64,000 bases of DNA from assembly GCA_026986575.1 (NCBI GenBank), contig JALSOH010000006.1, positions 352,001 to 416,000 on the forward strand. The letters are read 5' to 3'. Position 1 is the stretch's first letter. Each line of letters opens with the position of its first letter. The stretch is from Thermoproteota archaeon (lineage in GTDB: Archaea > Korarchaeota > Korarchaeia > Korarchaeales > Korarchaeaceae). Below the pieces are notes generated by a model. It worked only from the letters and a program-made list of their open reading frames with translations, was not told the origin of the DNA and did no database searches. Positions 41,387 through 50,886 of this stretch are shown in pieces. The position numbers and the translations under genes were made by a program.

Positions 41387-41576
41387 TCGATTCACCCCAA
41401 AGGAGGAAGAGGGGGAAATATAAAAACCCTTCGAATAAAGGGCCATGAATGTCTAGTTATTTTATTAACATTGGCGATAGAAGTAACTATCTTTGTGAAC
41501 TTAGTCCATTATAAATAAATTAGTTGCGTAAGATTCGACTTGTAAAGATTGCAGATGAGCTCGTGGGGATCCTTTC

Positions 41577-41638
41577 AAGCCCCCCTGGGGGGGAAGAGGG
41601 CTTATCCGACAAAAATCGGATCTATGACGCCCGATTTT
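41577..41638. promoter_or_regulatory. Structured intergenic element (adjacent and overlapping hairpins) between potC and the dehydrogenase
   Basis: AAGCCC/GGGCTT stem enclosing C and G runs; ATCCGA/TCGGAT and AAAATCGG/CCGATTTT stems that share bases. Confidence 0.4.
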
Positions 41639-41682
41639 ATCCTCAAGTATATTTACTAAAAAGGGCAGAAAAGAGGGAAAAA

Positions 41683-42465
41683 TTACTGCTTCTCCATGGT
41701 CAGCTTCGCGTAAATGTAGGCGATTGTCATAGAGATAGCCATGATAACAGTGGTCAGAGCGTTGAGCTCAGGACCGACGCCTCCTCTAGCCGATTGAGAC
41801 CATATTATGAGGGGCAATGTCTGGAAGCCGGGGCCTGTGGTGAACGCGGTCTTTATGAAGTCGTCGAAGGAGAGGGTGAACGCTATCAGAGCTGCCGCTA
41901 TGATGCCGGGCATGGAAAGGGGCAGGGTTATCTTGAGGAATGTCTGAACCTCATTCGCTCCCAAGGTGAGTGAAGCCTCCTCAAGCGATCTGTCGAAGCC
42001 CGCGAGCCTTGCCCTCACCACGACGTAGACGAAGGATATGTCGAAGGCTATGTGACCCAGCAGAACGGTTAGCCAGCCTAGGTCATAGCCGGAGAACTTG
42101 TAGAAGAGGAGTAGAGAGAGTGCCTCCGCTATCTCAGGGATTATTATAGGGACATAGAGCAGGCTGTCTATGGCACCTTTCCCTCCTATATCCAGCCTCA
42201 CCATTCCATAGGCTGCCAAAGTACCCAGAAACAGGGAGACAAGCGTGGTGATCACGGCAACATTAAGGCTGTTGTAGAAAGCCACCCACACGACCTTGTC
42301 CCCCAGTAAGACCTGATACCACTTGAGGGAGAAGCCAGTGAACTGCCCCAACGTTCTGGACTCGTTGAACGAGAATATGATAACTATTATGATCGGCACA
42401 TAGAGGAAGGCGTAGACAAATGCCGAGTAGAGGCCCATCAACTTGTCCCTCAGGCTCATGCTCAT
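41683..42465 (-). CDS. potC: Polyamine ABC transporter permease
   Basis: FLYVPI...FSFN, GFSLKWY, LEEASLTLGA, FTLSFDDF. Confidence 0.92.
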   Translation of the reverse strand: MSMSLRDKLMGLYSAFVYAFLYVPIIIVIIFSFNESRTLGQFTGFSLKWYQVLLGDKVVWVAFYNSLNVAVITTLVSLFLGTLAAYGMVRLDIGGKGAIDSLLYVPIIIPEIAEALSLLLFYKFSGYDLGWLTVLLGHIAFDISFVYVVVRARLAGFDRSLEEASLTLGANEVQTFLKITLPLSMPGIIAAALIAFTLSFDDFIKTAFTTGPGFQTLPLIIWSQSARGGVGPELNALTTVIMAISMTIAYIYAKLTMEKQ

Positions 42466-43289
42466 ATCTCCAACTCACCTACCTTCCTCATGTAGATGAT
42501 CAGGGTGATCAGGACTACTGCTATGTACAGTATGGAGAGAGCAGCGCCGCGCCACCAGTTGTGGAACTTGAGGAAGAGGTCCCAAGTGAGGGTACCTATG
42601 GTAGTGACGCTCACGCCGCCGAGCATTGAGGGAACTACGAACTCTCCTATGGCTGGGACGAACACGAGGATTGTTCCAGAGGCTATACCGGGCTTTGAGA
42701 GAGGTAAGGTAACCTTAAGGAATGTCTTGAACGGGGAGGCACCCAAAGTGTAGGACGCCTCTAGTAGGGACTTATCCAGCTTCTCCAAGTTAGCGTAGAG
42801 CGGCAGCACCATGAAAGGAAGATAGTCGTAGATCATGCCTATCACGACCGCCTCGTAAGTGAACATCATCTTCATCATTGTGAAGATGTTCATTAGGGCG
42901 TAGGTCCTGAGCAGGAAGTCGACCCAATAAGGGACCATGACGCTGACCACGAGGAGGTTCTTCCACTTCTTCGGCGCCTTGACCGCTATGAAGTAAGCTA
43001 CGGGGTAGGCCATTAATATGCTACCCACTGTAGTTATCGCCGCCAGAATCACAGAATTGTAGAAGACCTTCAGGTAGACCCACCTAAGGGCCTGCTGGTA
43101 ATATTTGATGGTGAGCTCCCAAGTGATCACGCCCCTCCTCCCTATGAAGCCGAAACTGTAGAGTATGGTGATTATGAAGGGGGCGAAGAAGTAAACGGCC
43201 AAGTAGATCAGCGGAGGGCCGAGCACCAGCAGGGCCACGAGGAGCTTGTATTTCCTCACAAAGTCTATGAGGGACTCCATCCACGACAT
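42462..43289 (-). CDS. potB: Polyamine ABC transporter permease
   Basis: AYPVAY, PYWVDFLLRTYA, YLPFMVLPLY, LLEASYTLGA. Confidence 0.92.
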   Translation of the reverse strand: MSWMESLIDFVRKYKLLVALLVLGPPLIYLAVYFFAPFIITILYSFGFIGRRGVITWELTIKYYQQALRWVYLKVFYNSVILAAITTVGSILMAYPVAYFIAVKAPKKWKNLLVVSVMVPYWVDFLLRTYALMNIFTMMKMMFTYEAVVIGMIYDYLPFMVLPLYANLEKLDKSLLEASYTLGASPFKTFLKVTLPLSKPGIASGTILVFVPAIGEFVVPSMLGGVSVTTIGTLTWDLFLKFHNWWRGAALSILYIAVVLITLIIYMRKVGELEI

Positions 43290-43290
43290 G

Positions 43291-44400
43291 CTACTCGGCC
43301 TCCAGCTCGAAAACCCCAGCCTCATCACCAGAATCCCAGCCTATCCTGATAGCCTCGCCCTCCCTGAGCTTCCTTGCCTCTGGGTGAGTGGCCGGGACGT
43401 TCACCTTGACCTCGGTGTCATCCAGCGCGACCATGACTATCAGGACATCTCCCTTGTACACTATCTCCCTTATCTTACCCTCGAATTTGTTATCAGCTCC
43501 CTCAGCCGTCTTACCAACCCTTATTCTCTCGGGTCTGAGGCTCACTACGACCTTCTTACCGCTCTGGATGTCTGAAACCACCTTGACGACTCCGAAGCTC
43601 GTCTCAACAGCACCGTTTCTCAAAACCCCCTCGAAGAAATTGGCCTCTCCGATGAAGTTGGCGACAAACTTGGTTCTCGGCTTCTCGTAAACCTCGTAGG
43701 GTGTGCCCACCTGTTCGACCCTCCCCTCATGGATTACCGCTATCCTATCGGACATGACGAGGGCCTCTCCCTGATCATGGGTGACGTAGACGAACGTTGT
43801 GCCAACGGTCCTCTGAATCCTCTTGAGCTCCAGCATCATGTGCTGCCTTATCTTCAGGTCAAGGGCACCCAGCGGCTCATCCAAGAGTAGCACGGCTGGC
43901 TGAGTCACCAAGGCCCTAGCTATGGCAACTCTTTGCTGCTGACCACCTGAGAGCTGGCTCGGCTTCCTCTCCGCGAACATCTCGTGAGGCATCTTCACCA
44001 GCTCAAGAGCATCGTACACCCTCTTCTTTATCTCATCCTCAGGGAACTTTCTGAGCCTCAAACCGTAAGCTATGTTCTCGAAGACAGTCATGTGGGGGAA
44101 GAGGGCGAGGTGCTGGAAGACCATCCCTATGTTCCTCTTGTAGGGTGGGAGGTTCGTGACATCCTTCCCCTCGAGGATGACGACGCCCTCATCGGGCTTC
44201 TCGAGACCAGCGATTATCCTGAGGAGAGTAGTCTTCCCCGAGCCGCTAGGACCGAGCAGGGAGAAGAATTCATTCCTCTTTATCTCTATGTTGACATGAT
44301 CTGATGCCACAACCTTCCCGAACCGCTTAACGATGTTACGGAGAACGACCATATCCTCGACTTCGGAGGTGATATACTCAGCCTTCTCCATCATCTCCAT
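43291..44400 (-). CDS. potA: Polyamine ABC transporter ATP-binding protein
   Basis: GPSGSGKT, LSGGQQQR, LLLDEPLGALD, VTHDQ, C-terminal TOBE-like domain. Confidence 0.92.
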   Translation of the reverse strand: MEMMEKAEYITSEVEDMVVLRNIVKRFGKVVASDHVNIEIKRNEFFSLLGPSGSGKTTLLRIIAGLEKPDEGVVILEGKDVTNLPPYKRNIGMVFQHLALFPHMTVFENIAYGLRLRKFPEDEIKKRVYDALELVKMPHEMFAERKPSQLSGGQQQRVAIARALVTQPAVLLLDEPLGALDLKIRQHMMLELKRIQRTVGTTFVYVTHDQGEALVMSDRIAVIHEGRVEQVGTPYEVYEKPRTKFVANFIGEANFFEGVLRNGAVETSFGVVKVVSDIQSGKKVVVSLRPERIRVGKTAEGADNKFEGKIREIVYKGDVLIVMVALDDTEVKVNVPATHPEARKLREGEAIRIGWDSGDEAGVFELEAE

Positions 44401-44537
44401 CTCCGAGTCCCAACAGGGGCTTATATTTTGATTTTTCGGATGTCTGAGGCTCCGCACCTTCAGGAAAAAGAATTAACAGATATGCTCGAGCCAGTCACCG
44501 CAAAAATTTGGGGATTGGAGGGTTCAAGGAGAAGGCC

Positions 44538-46352
44538 TCAGGAGAGCCCGAGATCCCTCGAAAGTTCTAGCCTGTCGAGGGTTTCCCTGAGAGGCACGCC
44601 CTTTCTATCCCATCCCCTGAGCTTATAGTACTCGTCGAGGGCCTTCTCGTACTCCTCCCTCGGGAGCTTGACTCCCTTTATCGGGCCCTTGGTGTGCGCC
44701 TCCTCAAAGAACCTGTCAGGCGGATAGTCGTCCTGTCTCTTGAAGCCAGCTCTCACGTTGTACATCCTGGAGAGGTTCCAGATCCTCTCCCCCACTTCCT
44801 GCAGGTAGGATTCCTTGAAGTCCACATCCAGCGTGGCGCTGAGCAGGTCAGCCATTTCCTTGTACCCGACGATCCAGAAATCGCAGATGATCAGGCTCCA
44901 CTTGACGCTGTTCAGATCCTGCAAATCCTTGGTGAGTTTGGCCTTACCCTCGAAGGTGAGGGGCGGCATGTCCCCGAAGGCCTCGCTCGCTATGGTCCAA
45001 GCCCTGAGGTGACAGGCTCCCCTATCCGAGGTTGCGTAGGCCAAGGCCATTCCCCAGCTGGATCTGGGATCGTAAGCGGGGATCTCAGATCCCTTTATGT
45101 GCATCGCATATTTCTCACTGCCTCTTCCTATTCTCTCAGCAGCCCTCTTTACTCCATCAGCTAGGGTATTGCCGATGCCCTCCCTGTACGCTATCATCCT
45201 CACCAGTTTGGCCAGTGCCTCAGGCTCGCCCCAGTCTACGTGGAACCCTATCTCCTCATCCGTAATTATTTCCCTCTCCCTTATCTCAAGGAGGAATCCA
45301 AGGGTGGCTCCGAGGCTTATAGTATCTAGGCCTAACTGGTCGGCCAGCTCGCCGAGATGAGCCAGTTCATCCATGTCCTTGAGGGAGAGGTTAGATCCCA
45401 TCATCCCTATCGTCTCGTACTCAGGGGCCTTTATCACTCCTCTCCTCGTCTTAATCTTCCTCTTACAGGCGAGTGGGCACGAATGACAGGCGAACCTGCT
45501 GTCTAGCTTGGCCTTCACCACATCGGTGTTTATGTAGTTCGCGTACTCGTAGTAGCCCTCCCTGAAGTTGAGGTGCGGCAGGGCACCCACATTGTTGCTG
45601 AGATCCACTATGACAGGGGTACCGTCGGTCCTAGCCCAAAGATTCGTCTCGGTGAGCACGCTCTCCTTCATCAGCTTGGCTACGGTCTCCCTGAACCTCG
45701 CGGGATTGGGGAAATCTATGCTCCTGTTACTGGCCTCGACCACTATCCCCTTGAGCTTCTTCGACCCGAATACCGCGCCCACACCTCCCCTACCGGCGAT
45801 GAAGTGCTCGTCAACCACCGCTGAGGCCATGTAGCTGAGGTTCTCTCCAGCCGGACCTATCACTAGGGTCCTAGCAAGCTTATCGTGATCCCTCTTCAGT
45901 TCCTCCGTGGCTTCCGGAACGGTTTTCCCCCAAAGATGACTGGCATCCCTTATCTCCACTTCCTCATCTTTTACAGATATGTAGGCGGGTTTCTCCGCCT
46001 TCCCTTGGATTATCATGAGGTCATATCCCGCATACTTGAGCTCGGGACCGAAGGCCCCTCCCACATAACTGTCATTTAATGTGCCCGTTTTCGGGGATTT
46101 GGTCACTACCGTGAACCTTCCGGTGAGCGGGGCCACGGTCCCGGTCAGCGGACCAGTGGCAATTATAATCTTGTTTTCAGGCCATAGAGCCCCTGTGGAC
46201 GGTGGAACTTCCTCATAAAGGTACCTTATTCCCAAACCCCTTCCTCCAAGGTAGAGAGCGGCCCAATCTCTCCTCGTGTTCTCGACAACTATTTTATTCT
46301 CGGACAGGTCTACTCTCAAAACCTTTCCTGCATACGGGGCTACCATGTTCAC
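44538..46352 (-). CDS. aor: Tungsten-containing aldehyde:ferredoxin oxidoreductase family protein
   Basis: LGGRGLG, IGPAGE, GRGGVGAVFGSKKLK, CHSCPLAC, EYET, DQLGLDTIS, DRGACH. Confidence 0.93.
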   Translation of the reverse strand: MNMVAPYAGKVLRVDLSENKIVVENTRRDWAALYLGGRGLGIRYLYEEVPPSTGALWPENKIIIATGPLTGTVAPLTGRFTVVTKSPKTGTLNDSYVGGAFGPELKYAGYDLMIIQGKAEKPAYISVKDEEVEIRDASHLWGKTVPEATEELKRDHDKLARTLVIGPAGENLSYMASAVVDEHFIAGRGGVGAVFGSKKLKGIVVEASNRSIDFPNPARFRETVAKLMKESVLTETNLWARTDGTPVIVDLSNNVGALPHLNFREGYYEYANYINTDVVKAKLDSRFACHSCPLACKRKIKTRRGVIKAPEYETIGMMGSNLSLKDMDELAHLGELADQLGLDTISLGATLGFLLEIREREIITDEEIGFHVDWGEPEALAKLVRMIAYREGIGNTLADGVKRAAERIGRGSEKYAMHIKGSEIPAYDPRSSWGMALAYATSDRGACHLRAWTIASEAFGDMPPLTFEGKAKLTKDLQDLNSVKWSLIICDFWIVGYKEMADLLSATLDVDFKESYLQEVGERIWNLSRMYNVRAGFKRQDDYPPDRFFEEAHTKGPIKGVKLPREEYEKALDEYYKLRGWDRKGVPLRETLDRLELSRDLGLS

Positions 46353-46433
46353 CTACCTCATGGCGTATCGCTCTCTAATAAACCCTGAGGCTAGGTTTTA
46401 TAAGGATCTGGTGGGCCTAGCGTTGGTGGTACT

Positions 46434-47795
46434 TTGGCTGGCTGGTTAGGGGAAGTCCCCGACTTCTTCTCCGAGGAACTCGGGAGGTACACGGAGAGGA
46501 CCCGTAGGTCCGAACAGATCTTTAGAGAGGCTCGAAAATACGTACCTCACGGTGTAAATAGCAATATGAGGTTCTTCGAGCCCTATCCTATCTATATAGC
46601 CAGGGGTAAGGGCGGAAAGGTCTGGGATGTTGACGGTAACGAGTACGTGGACCTCAACCTCGCTATGGGCGCGGTGTTCTCGGGCCACAGCCATCCGGCG
46701 GTGGTTGAGGCAGTTCAGGAGGTGATACAAGAAGGAACTGCCTTTGGAACGGATGTGCCCGAGGCCAGACTCGTCGCAAAGGAGCTGGCTAGGAGATGGG
46801 GTCTCGATAAGGTGAGGTTCAGCAACTCAGGTGCGGAGGCAACGATGCACGCCATAAGGATAGCTAGGGCGTACACGGGCAAGGAGAAGATAGTAAAGTT
46901 CGAGGGGAACTATCACGGAGCTCACGACTACGTCTTGGTGAGCATAAAGTCACCTCCCGGTCAGATGGGCAGGAAGTTCCCGAGAAGGATACCCGTAGGT
47001 CCGGGGATACCCGGCACTACTCTGGAGTCCGTCCTGATAGCCAGGTACAACGACCTAAACTCCGTGGAGAGGCTGTTCAGGAAGCATGAGGAGGAGATAG
47101 CCGCCGTCATAGTGGAGCCCGTGGCTATGAACATAGGCGTCGTTCCTCCCAAGCCTGGTTTCCTCGAGGGACTGAGGAAGCTTACCGATGAGTATGGAGC
47201 CCTCCTGATCTTCGATGAGGTGAAGACTGGCGTTAAACTCGCGCCTGGTGGGGCGACGGAGTTCTTCGGCATAAAGCCAGATCTGGCGGTGACGGCAAAG
47301 AGCATAGGCGGCGGCTTCCCTGTATCGGCGATCATGGGAAGGGAGGAGGTCATGTCCGTCGTGGGTCCGCACAGCGCCGTTCATGCCGGCACATTCAACG
47401 CCAACAGGCTGGTGATGGCCGCAGCTCTAGCGACCCTCACGAAGGTCCTGACCATAGATGCCTACCCGAGAGCCCACAGGCTCTGCGACGAGCTCAGTAG
47501 GGCATTCCAAGACATAGTGGACGACTACAGGATACCCGCGGTGGTCCAGTGGATAGGTCCGAACGGTCACATCTACCCAGGCGCGACGGAACCGGTGGTG
47601 GACCTGCCAACGTTCTACCAGCAAGACGACGCTGCTTGGTGGCGCTATTGGATAGCTATGATGAACAGGGGCGTGTTCATAGAACCCGTGGTAAGCGATG
47701 ACGAGTGGACCGTCAGCGTGGTCCACACGAAGGAGGACATAGAGAGGGCCATAGAGGCCTTCAAAGAGGCCGCTAAGTTCATGAGACCCGCCTAA
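46434..47795 (+). CDS. Class III PLP aminotransferase (glutamate-1-semialdehyde aminomutase-like)
   Basis: DVDGNEYVD, RFSNSGAEA, KFEGNYHG, FDEVKTG, AKSIGGG, AGTFN. Confidence 0.88.
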   Translation: MAGWLGEVPDFFSEELGRYTERTRRSEQIFREARKYVPHGVNSNMRFFEPYPIYIARGKGGKVWDVDGNEYVDLNLAMGAVFSGHSHPAVVEAVQEVIQEGTAFGTDVPEARLVAKELARRWGLDKVRFSNSGAEATMHAIRIARAYTGKEKIVKFEGNYHGAHDYVLVSIKSPPGQMGRKFPRRIPVGPGIPGTTLESVLIARYNDLNSVERLFRKHEEEIAAVIVEPVAMNIGVVPPKPGFLEGLRKLTDEYGALLIFDEVKTGVKLAPGGATEFFGIKPDLAVTAKSIGGGFPVSAIMGREEVMSVVGPHSAVHAGTFNANRLVMAAALATLTKVLTIDAYPRAHRLCDELSRAFQDIVDDYRIPAVVQWIGPNGHIYPGATEPVVDLPTFYQQDDAAWWRYWIAMMNRGVFIEPVVSDDEWTVSVVHTKEDIERAIEAFKEAAKFMRPA

Positions 47796-47918
47796 ACCCT
47801 ACTTTCCTTTTCTTCTTGCCTATACTAGTTCACGATTGGATTGCACCCCCTTAATCTTATCGGGCACTGAAAATACTACATCCATCCGTTTAAGTTCTCC
47901 GAGGAGGGTGACTGCTAA

Positions 47919-48503
47919 TCACTTGAACACACTATCTATTAACCTTCTAAGAGTTTTCCTGACTTTAGGTGGATTGTCCACAGAGATGGGCAACCTCTCA
48001 ATGCTCTTCCTCAGAACCTCCTTCAGGTCAAGATCTAGCTCACTGCTCATCGCTTTCACATACTCCCAGTCGATCCTATCCCCGACCTCCGTGAGTATAA
48101 CCGCTATATCAGCGAGGTCCCTCTCCCTGCGAGCTAGTGCCTTGAGTAAGAGCGCATCCTCGGGCGATATGACCCATACCCTCCTCCCGTCAATTTCCGC
48201 CTCTACGGCCCTCTCTAAGAGCTGCCTCACGCTCAATCCAGAGACTCTCTCCACATAAACGTCTATATCCCCTTTCATCCTATGCTTAAATTCGAGCTTT
48301 CCGAGGCGAGGGTTCTCCAACAAAACATAGCCCATACCAGATAATCCCTGCTTAAGCTTCCAGAGATCTGCCGGATCTACAGCGACATCGACATCATGGG
48401 TGGTCCTGAAAGGCCTGATGGCCGATACAGCCAGAGCTCCAAGTAGCGCGTACCTGACCTTTCTCTCCTCCGCTACGGATAAGAAATCTTCAATAGAGGA
48501 CAT
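47919..48503 (-). CDS. Nucleotidyltransferase, AbiEii-like toxin
   Basis: LGALAV...RTTHDVD, LLKA..RERDLAD; overlaps the upstream HTH gene. Confidence 0.75.
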   Translation of the reverse strand: MSSIEDFLSVAEERKVRYALLGALAVSAIRPFRTTHDVDVAVDPADLWKLKQGLSGMGYVLLENPRLGKLEFKHRMKGDIDVYVERVSGLSVRQLLERAVEAEIDGRRVWVISPEDALLLKALARRERDLADIAVILTEVGDRIDWEYVKAMSSELDLDLKEVLRKSIERLPISVDNPPKVRKTLRRLIDSVFK

Positions 48504-49155
48504 CAGTCATCTCCTCCACAACTGTAGGGATCTTCCCACCGAGGGCTGCCAGATCCAGAACGCCTCTCCCCAACCAGGTGATGAGCTCCAACTTCAACCT
48601 CTCCTCCGTCACCACCGGCCAACCAGATATAACCTCGCTAGCTGGTAGCTCTCTCACTGGGATGAGGACGAGATCAGCCAGCCCGTGGGCCCTCCTTCCC
48701 AGAGAGATCCATCTCTCTAAGTCCCGCTCCCTCACATAGGCAAAGGCTGCAGACGGTGTCTGGAACCCTGTTCTTATGTAAGCAGCCGTTTCGTAGCATA
48801 GCACGTAGTCATCTCCCTCACTACTTTCCTTAAGGAGCTCCATTGATCTCTTCCAGCCTCCGGCCTGGAGACGCACGGCCCTATCAAACAGCTTCTCTAT
48901 GTGGAAAACTCCCAGTACATCCTCAGCCTCCATTTTACCAATGATCTTGGCCCTATCAGTCGGGATAAAGACATTCTCCTCTCTTCTGAGCCATCCCCTA
49001 TCTTCAAGTTCTCTCATCTTTCTATAGACAGTAGTCTTTGGTAAAGATGCCTCAATAGCAGCTCTAGAGGGAGTTAGGGGTCCCCTGAGGGCGAGCCATA
49101 TGAGGAAGAGGGAGGACTCATCTATTCCCATATATGGTAAGAGACCCACTTTCAT
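48490..49155 (-). CDS. HTH protein with AbiEi-like C-terminal domain (putative antitoxin)
   Basis: N-terminal wHTH (PKTTVYRKMRELEDRGWL); YETAAY...P...AYV; PVVT.ERL.LEL...GRG. Confidence 0.65.
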   Translation of the reverse strand: MKVGLLPYMGIDESSLFLIWLALRGPLTPSRAAIEASLPKTTVYRKMRELEDRGWLRREENVFIPTDRAKIIGKMEAEDVLGVFHIEKLFDRAVRLQAGGWKRSMELLKESSEGDDYVLCYETAAYIRTGFQTPSAAFAYVRERDLERWISLGRRAHGLADLVLIPVRELPASEVISGWPVVTEERLKLELITWLGRGVLDLAALGGKIPTVVEEMTDVLY

Positions 49156-49204
49156 ACCTATAAAATTTTACCATTAATGGATTAACGAAGCTCAAAGTGG
49201 TCTC
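49141..49204. promoter_or_regulatory. Putative autoregulatory operator of the HTH/NTase pair
   Basis: GAGACCCACTTT ... AAAGTGGTCTC imperfect inverted repeat enclosing the adjacent palindromes TAAAATTTTA and CCATTAATGG. Confidence 0.45.
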
Positions 49205-49442
49205 CCAGATCTGGAAGCTCTTCTCATCCGCCGAGAAGATGAAGATGGTGGGTGTAAAAGTCCATGGACCGTGACTATCGTTTACATCTTCTGATCGTCG
49301 TTCACTCGATGAGGCAGACCATCCTCACTCCCGTCCCGAGGTATCGGACATGGATAGAGAATGCATTCTTTAATGTTAATGGGTCTGGGATCTACAGGCC
49401 ACTGAAACTAATCCTTTTCAATTTTCCCCTAGGAAGCTCCGT

Positions 49443-50759
49443 ATGAACTTGCGTTCCCTGTTAGAGCGCTTGACTAATGAGGAAGACGCATCTATACGTG
49501 TGGCCATTAATGAGTCCTCCGATCCTCCCGTGATAAGGAGAAGCTATTCCCAAATTTTCTATGGAAAGGATCTCCCACCTCAACCGCCTGTGGAGGTAAT
49601 TAAAGCGGGGGACCTGCGGGATGCCGACCTGTTCGTTGCGGTCGACTTGGTAATCTCCCTGACGGGAGCTTCCTCCCCCGATGAGGTCAAATCTGGAGCT
49701 GAATCTCTCCTTAGAGAACTAGCTAGGAAGGTAAGGTTGAGGGCGGAGGACTCGAAGAAGAGCAATGTGGCGCTGGCCCTGCCAGAGAGGCGCCACTTGG
49801 AGGAGGTTAAGGGAAAGTGGACCAAGTGGGTGTGGAAGCGAACTGCCTACGACGGGACCCCAGCTCCAGACTTCAATGGCTGGGTCAGGGACTTGATCTC
49901 TTTGGCAGATGCAATAAGGGGGGAGGGAGTGAGGGTCGTCTTCATGGCTGGCGAGTCCGGCAAGGTTCTGGAGGAGATGGGATACGAGGTCGTCAGTGTG
50001 AGCATCGAGGAGACGCTGCCTAAGCTGGGCTACCCTAGGGATCCCAGCGTAGCGTGGTCCGAGCAGCCGATCCTCATGAACATGGCGCTGGACATAAGGG
50101 GGGGCGAAGAAGAGGTCGCTAGATCCTTCTTTCAGAAGAATGGCTTGACTCCGGTGTTCAGGCCTAGGTGGTGGCGTAATGGTGAGATACTCGTCAGAGC
50201 CAAGGCCGAGGGAGGGAACTTCATACTGGTCGAGGGGGAGGGAGGGAAACGAGCCTTGTTCACCGGAATTGGAGTTAGGGGGAGTAACGTGGCCGCTCCC
50301 AAATTACTCCAAGAGTTCCTCATCTCGCAGGGCCTGAATATCGAGGTTTACGGGGTTCCCCTACCCGGCTACATACGGGATTGGCGAACAGGGGCCGTCC
50401 ATCTCGACGTTGTGATGATGCACGCAGGTCCCGTGACTTTCGTGAGCCCGGGCAGGATGGGGTTCTACTCACTTGTTAAGTACGGCGAGTCCCTCGAGAT
50501 AGTAGAGTTGGGTCAAGTGTTCCGTGACTTGGGCATAACAGTGGACGAGATACCTGCTGAGGGCAGCGAGATCACCATGGTGAACGGTCTCAACTTGGGG
50601 AACGGGAAGATAGTGGTGGATTCCTTCAACAGGGACGCGAACAGGTACTTGGAGAGGGAGTGGGGGCTAGACCTCATTGAGGTGAGCATACCCCAGATAG
50701 AGGCCGGCGGCGGAGGTGCGAGGTGCGCTACTAGGGAGTTCTACGTATCACGCGAGTGA
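49443..50759 (+). CDS. Arginine deiminase / amidinotransferase (pentein) family enzyme
   Basis: YPRDP, AEGGN, HLD, NGLNLG, GGGARC catalytic Asp/His/Cys pattern. Confidence 0.85.
   Translation: MNLRSLLERLTNEEDASIRVAINESSDPPVIRRSYSQIFYGKDLPPQPPVEVIKAGDLRDADLFVAVDLVISLTGASSPDEVKSGAESLLRELARKVRLRAEDSKKSNVALALPERRHLEEVKGKWTKWVWKRTAYDGTPAPDFNGWVRDLISLADAIRGEGVRVVFMAGESGKVLEEMGYEVVSVSIEETLPKLGYPRDPSVAWSEQPILMNMALDIRGGEEEVARSFFQKNGLTPVFRPRWWRNGEILVRAKAEGGNFILVEGEGGKRALFTGIGVRGSNVAAPKLLQEFLISQGLNIEVYGVPLPGYIRDWRTGAVHLDVVMMHAGPVTFVSPGRMGFYSLVKYGESLEIVELGQVFRDLGITVDEIPAEGSEITMVNGLNLGNGKIVVDSFNRDANRYLEREWGLDLIEVSIPQIEAGGGGARCATREFYVSRE
50709..50744 (+). repeat. Left direct repeat (attL-like), inside the 3' end of the deiminase gene
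   Basis: GGCGGAGGTGCGAGGTGCGCTACTAGGGAGTTCTAC, identical to 54514-54549. Confidence 0.95.
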
Positions 50760-50886
50760 GCTATCGTAAAACCCCTCAAGGAACTCATTGCTTTTCTAGA
50801 TGGGAAGAATCGGGCTACTTTACCGCTGATTAGATATACTCAATAGTTCAGCCGTTATTCCGACCCATACCGTAGGAAAAGGGGAA

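Noticed and set aside
41524-41973. 149-aa plus-strand ORF
   Set aside because: Overlaps potC antisense and a structured spacer; no recognisable motifs
46434-47795. Naming the aminotransferase hemL
   Set aside because: No tetrapyrrole genes are adjacent and the amine-catabolic context fits better, so the symbol is withheld
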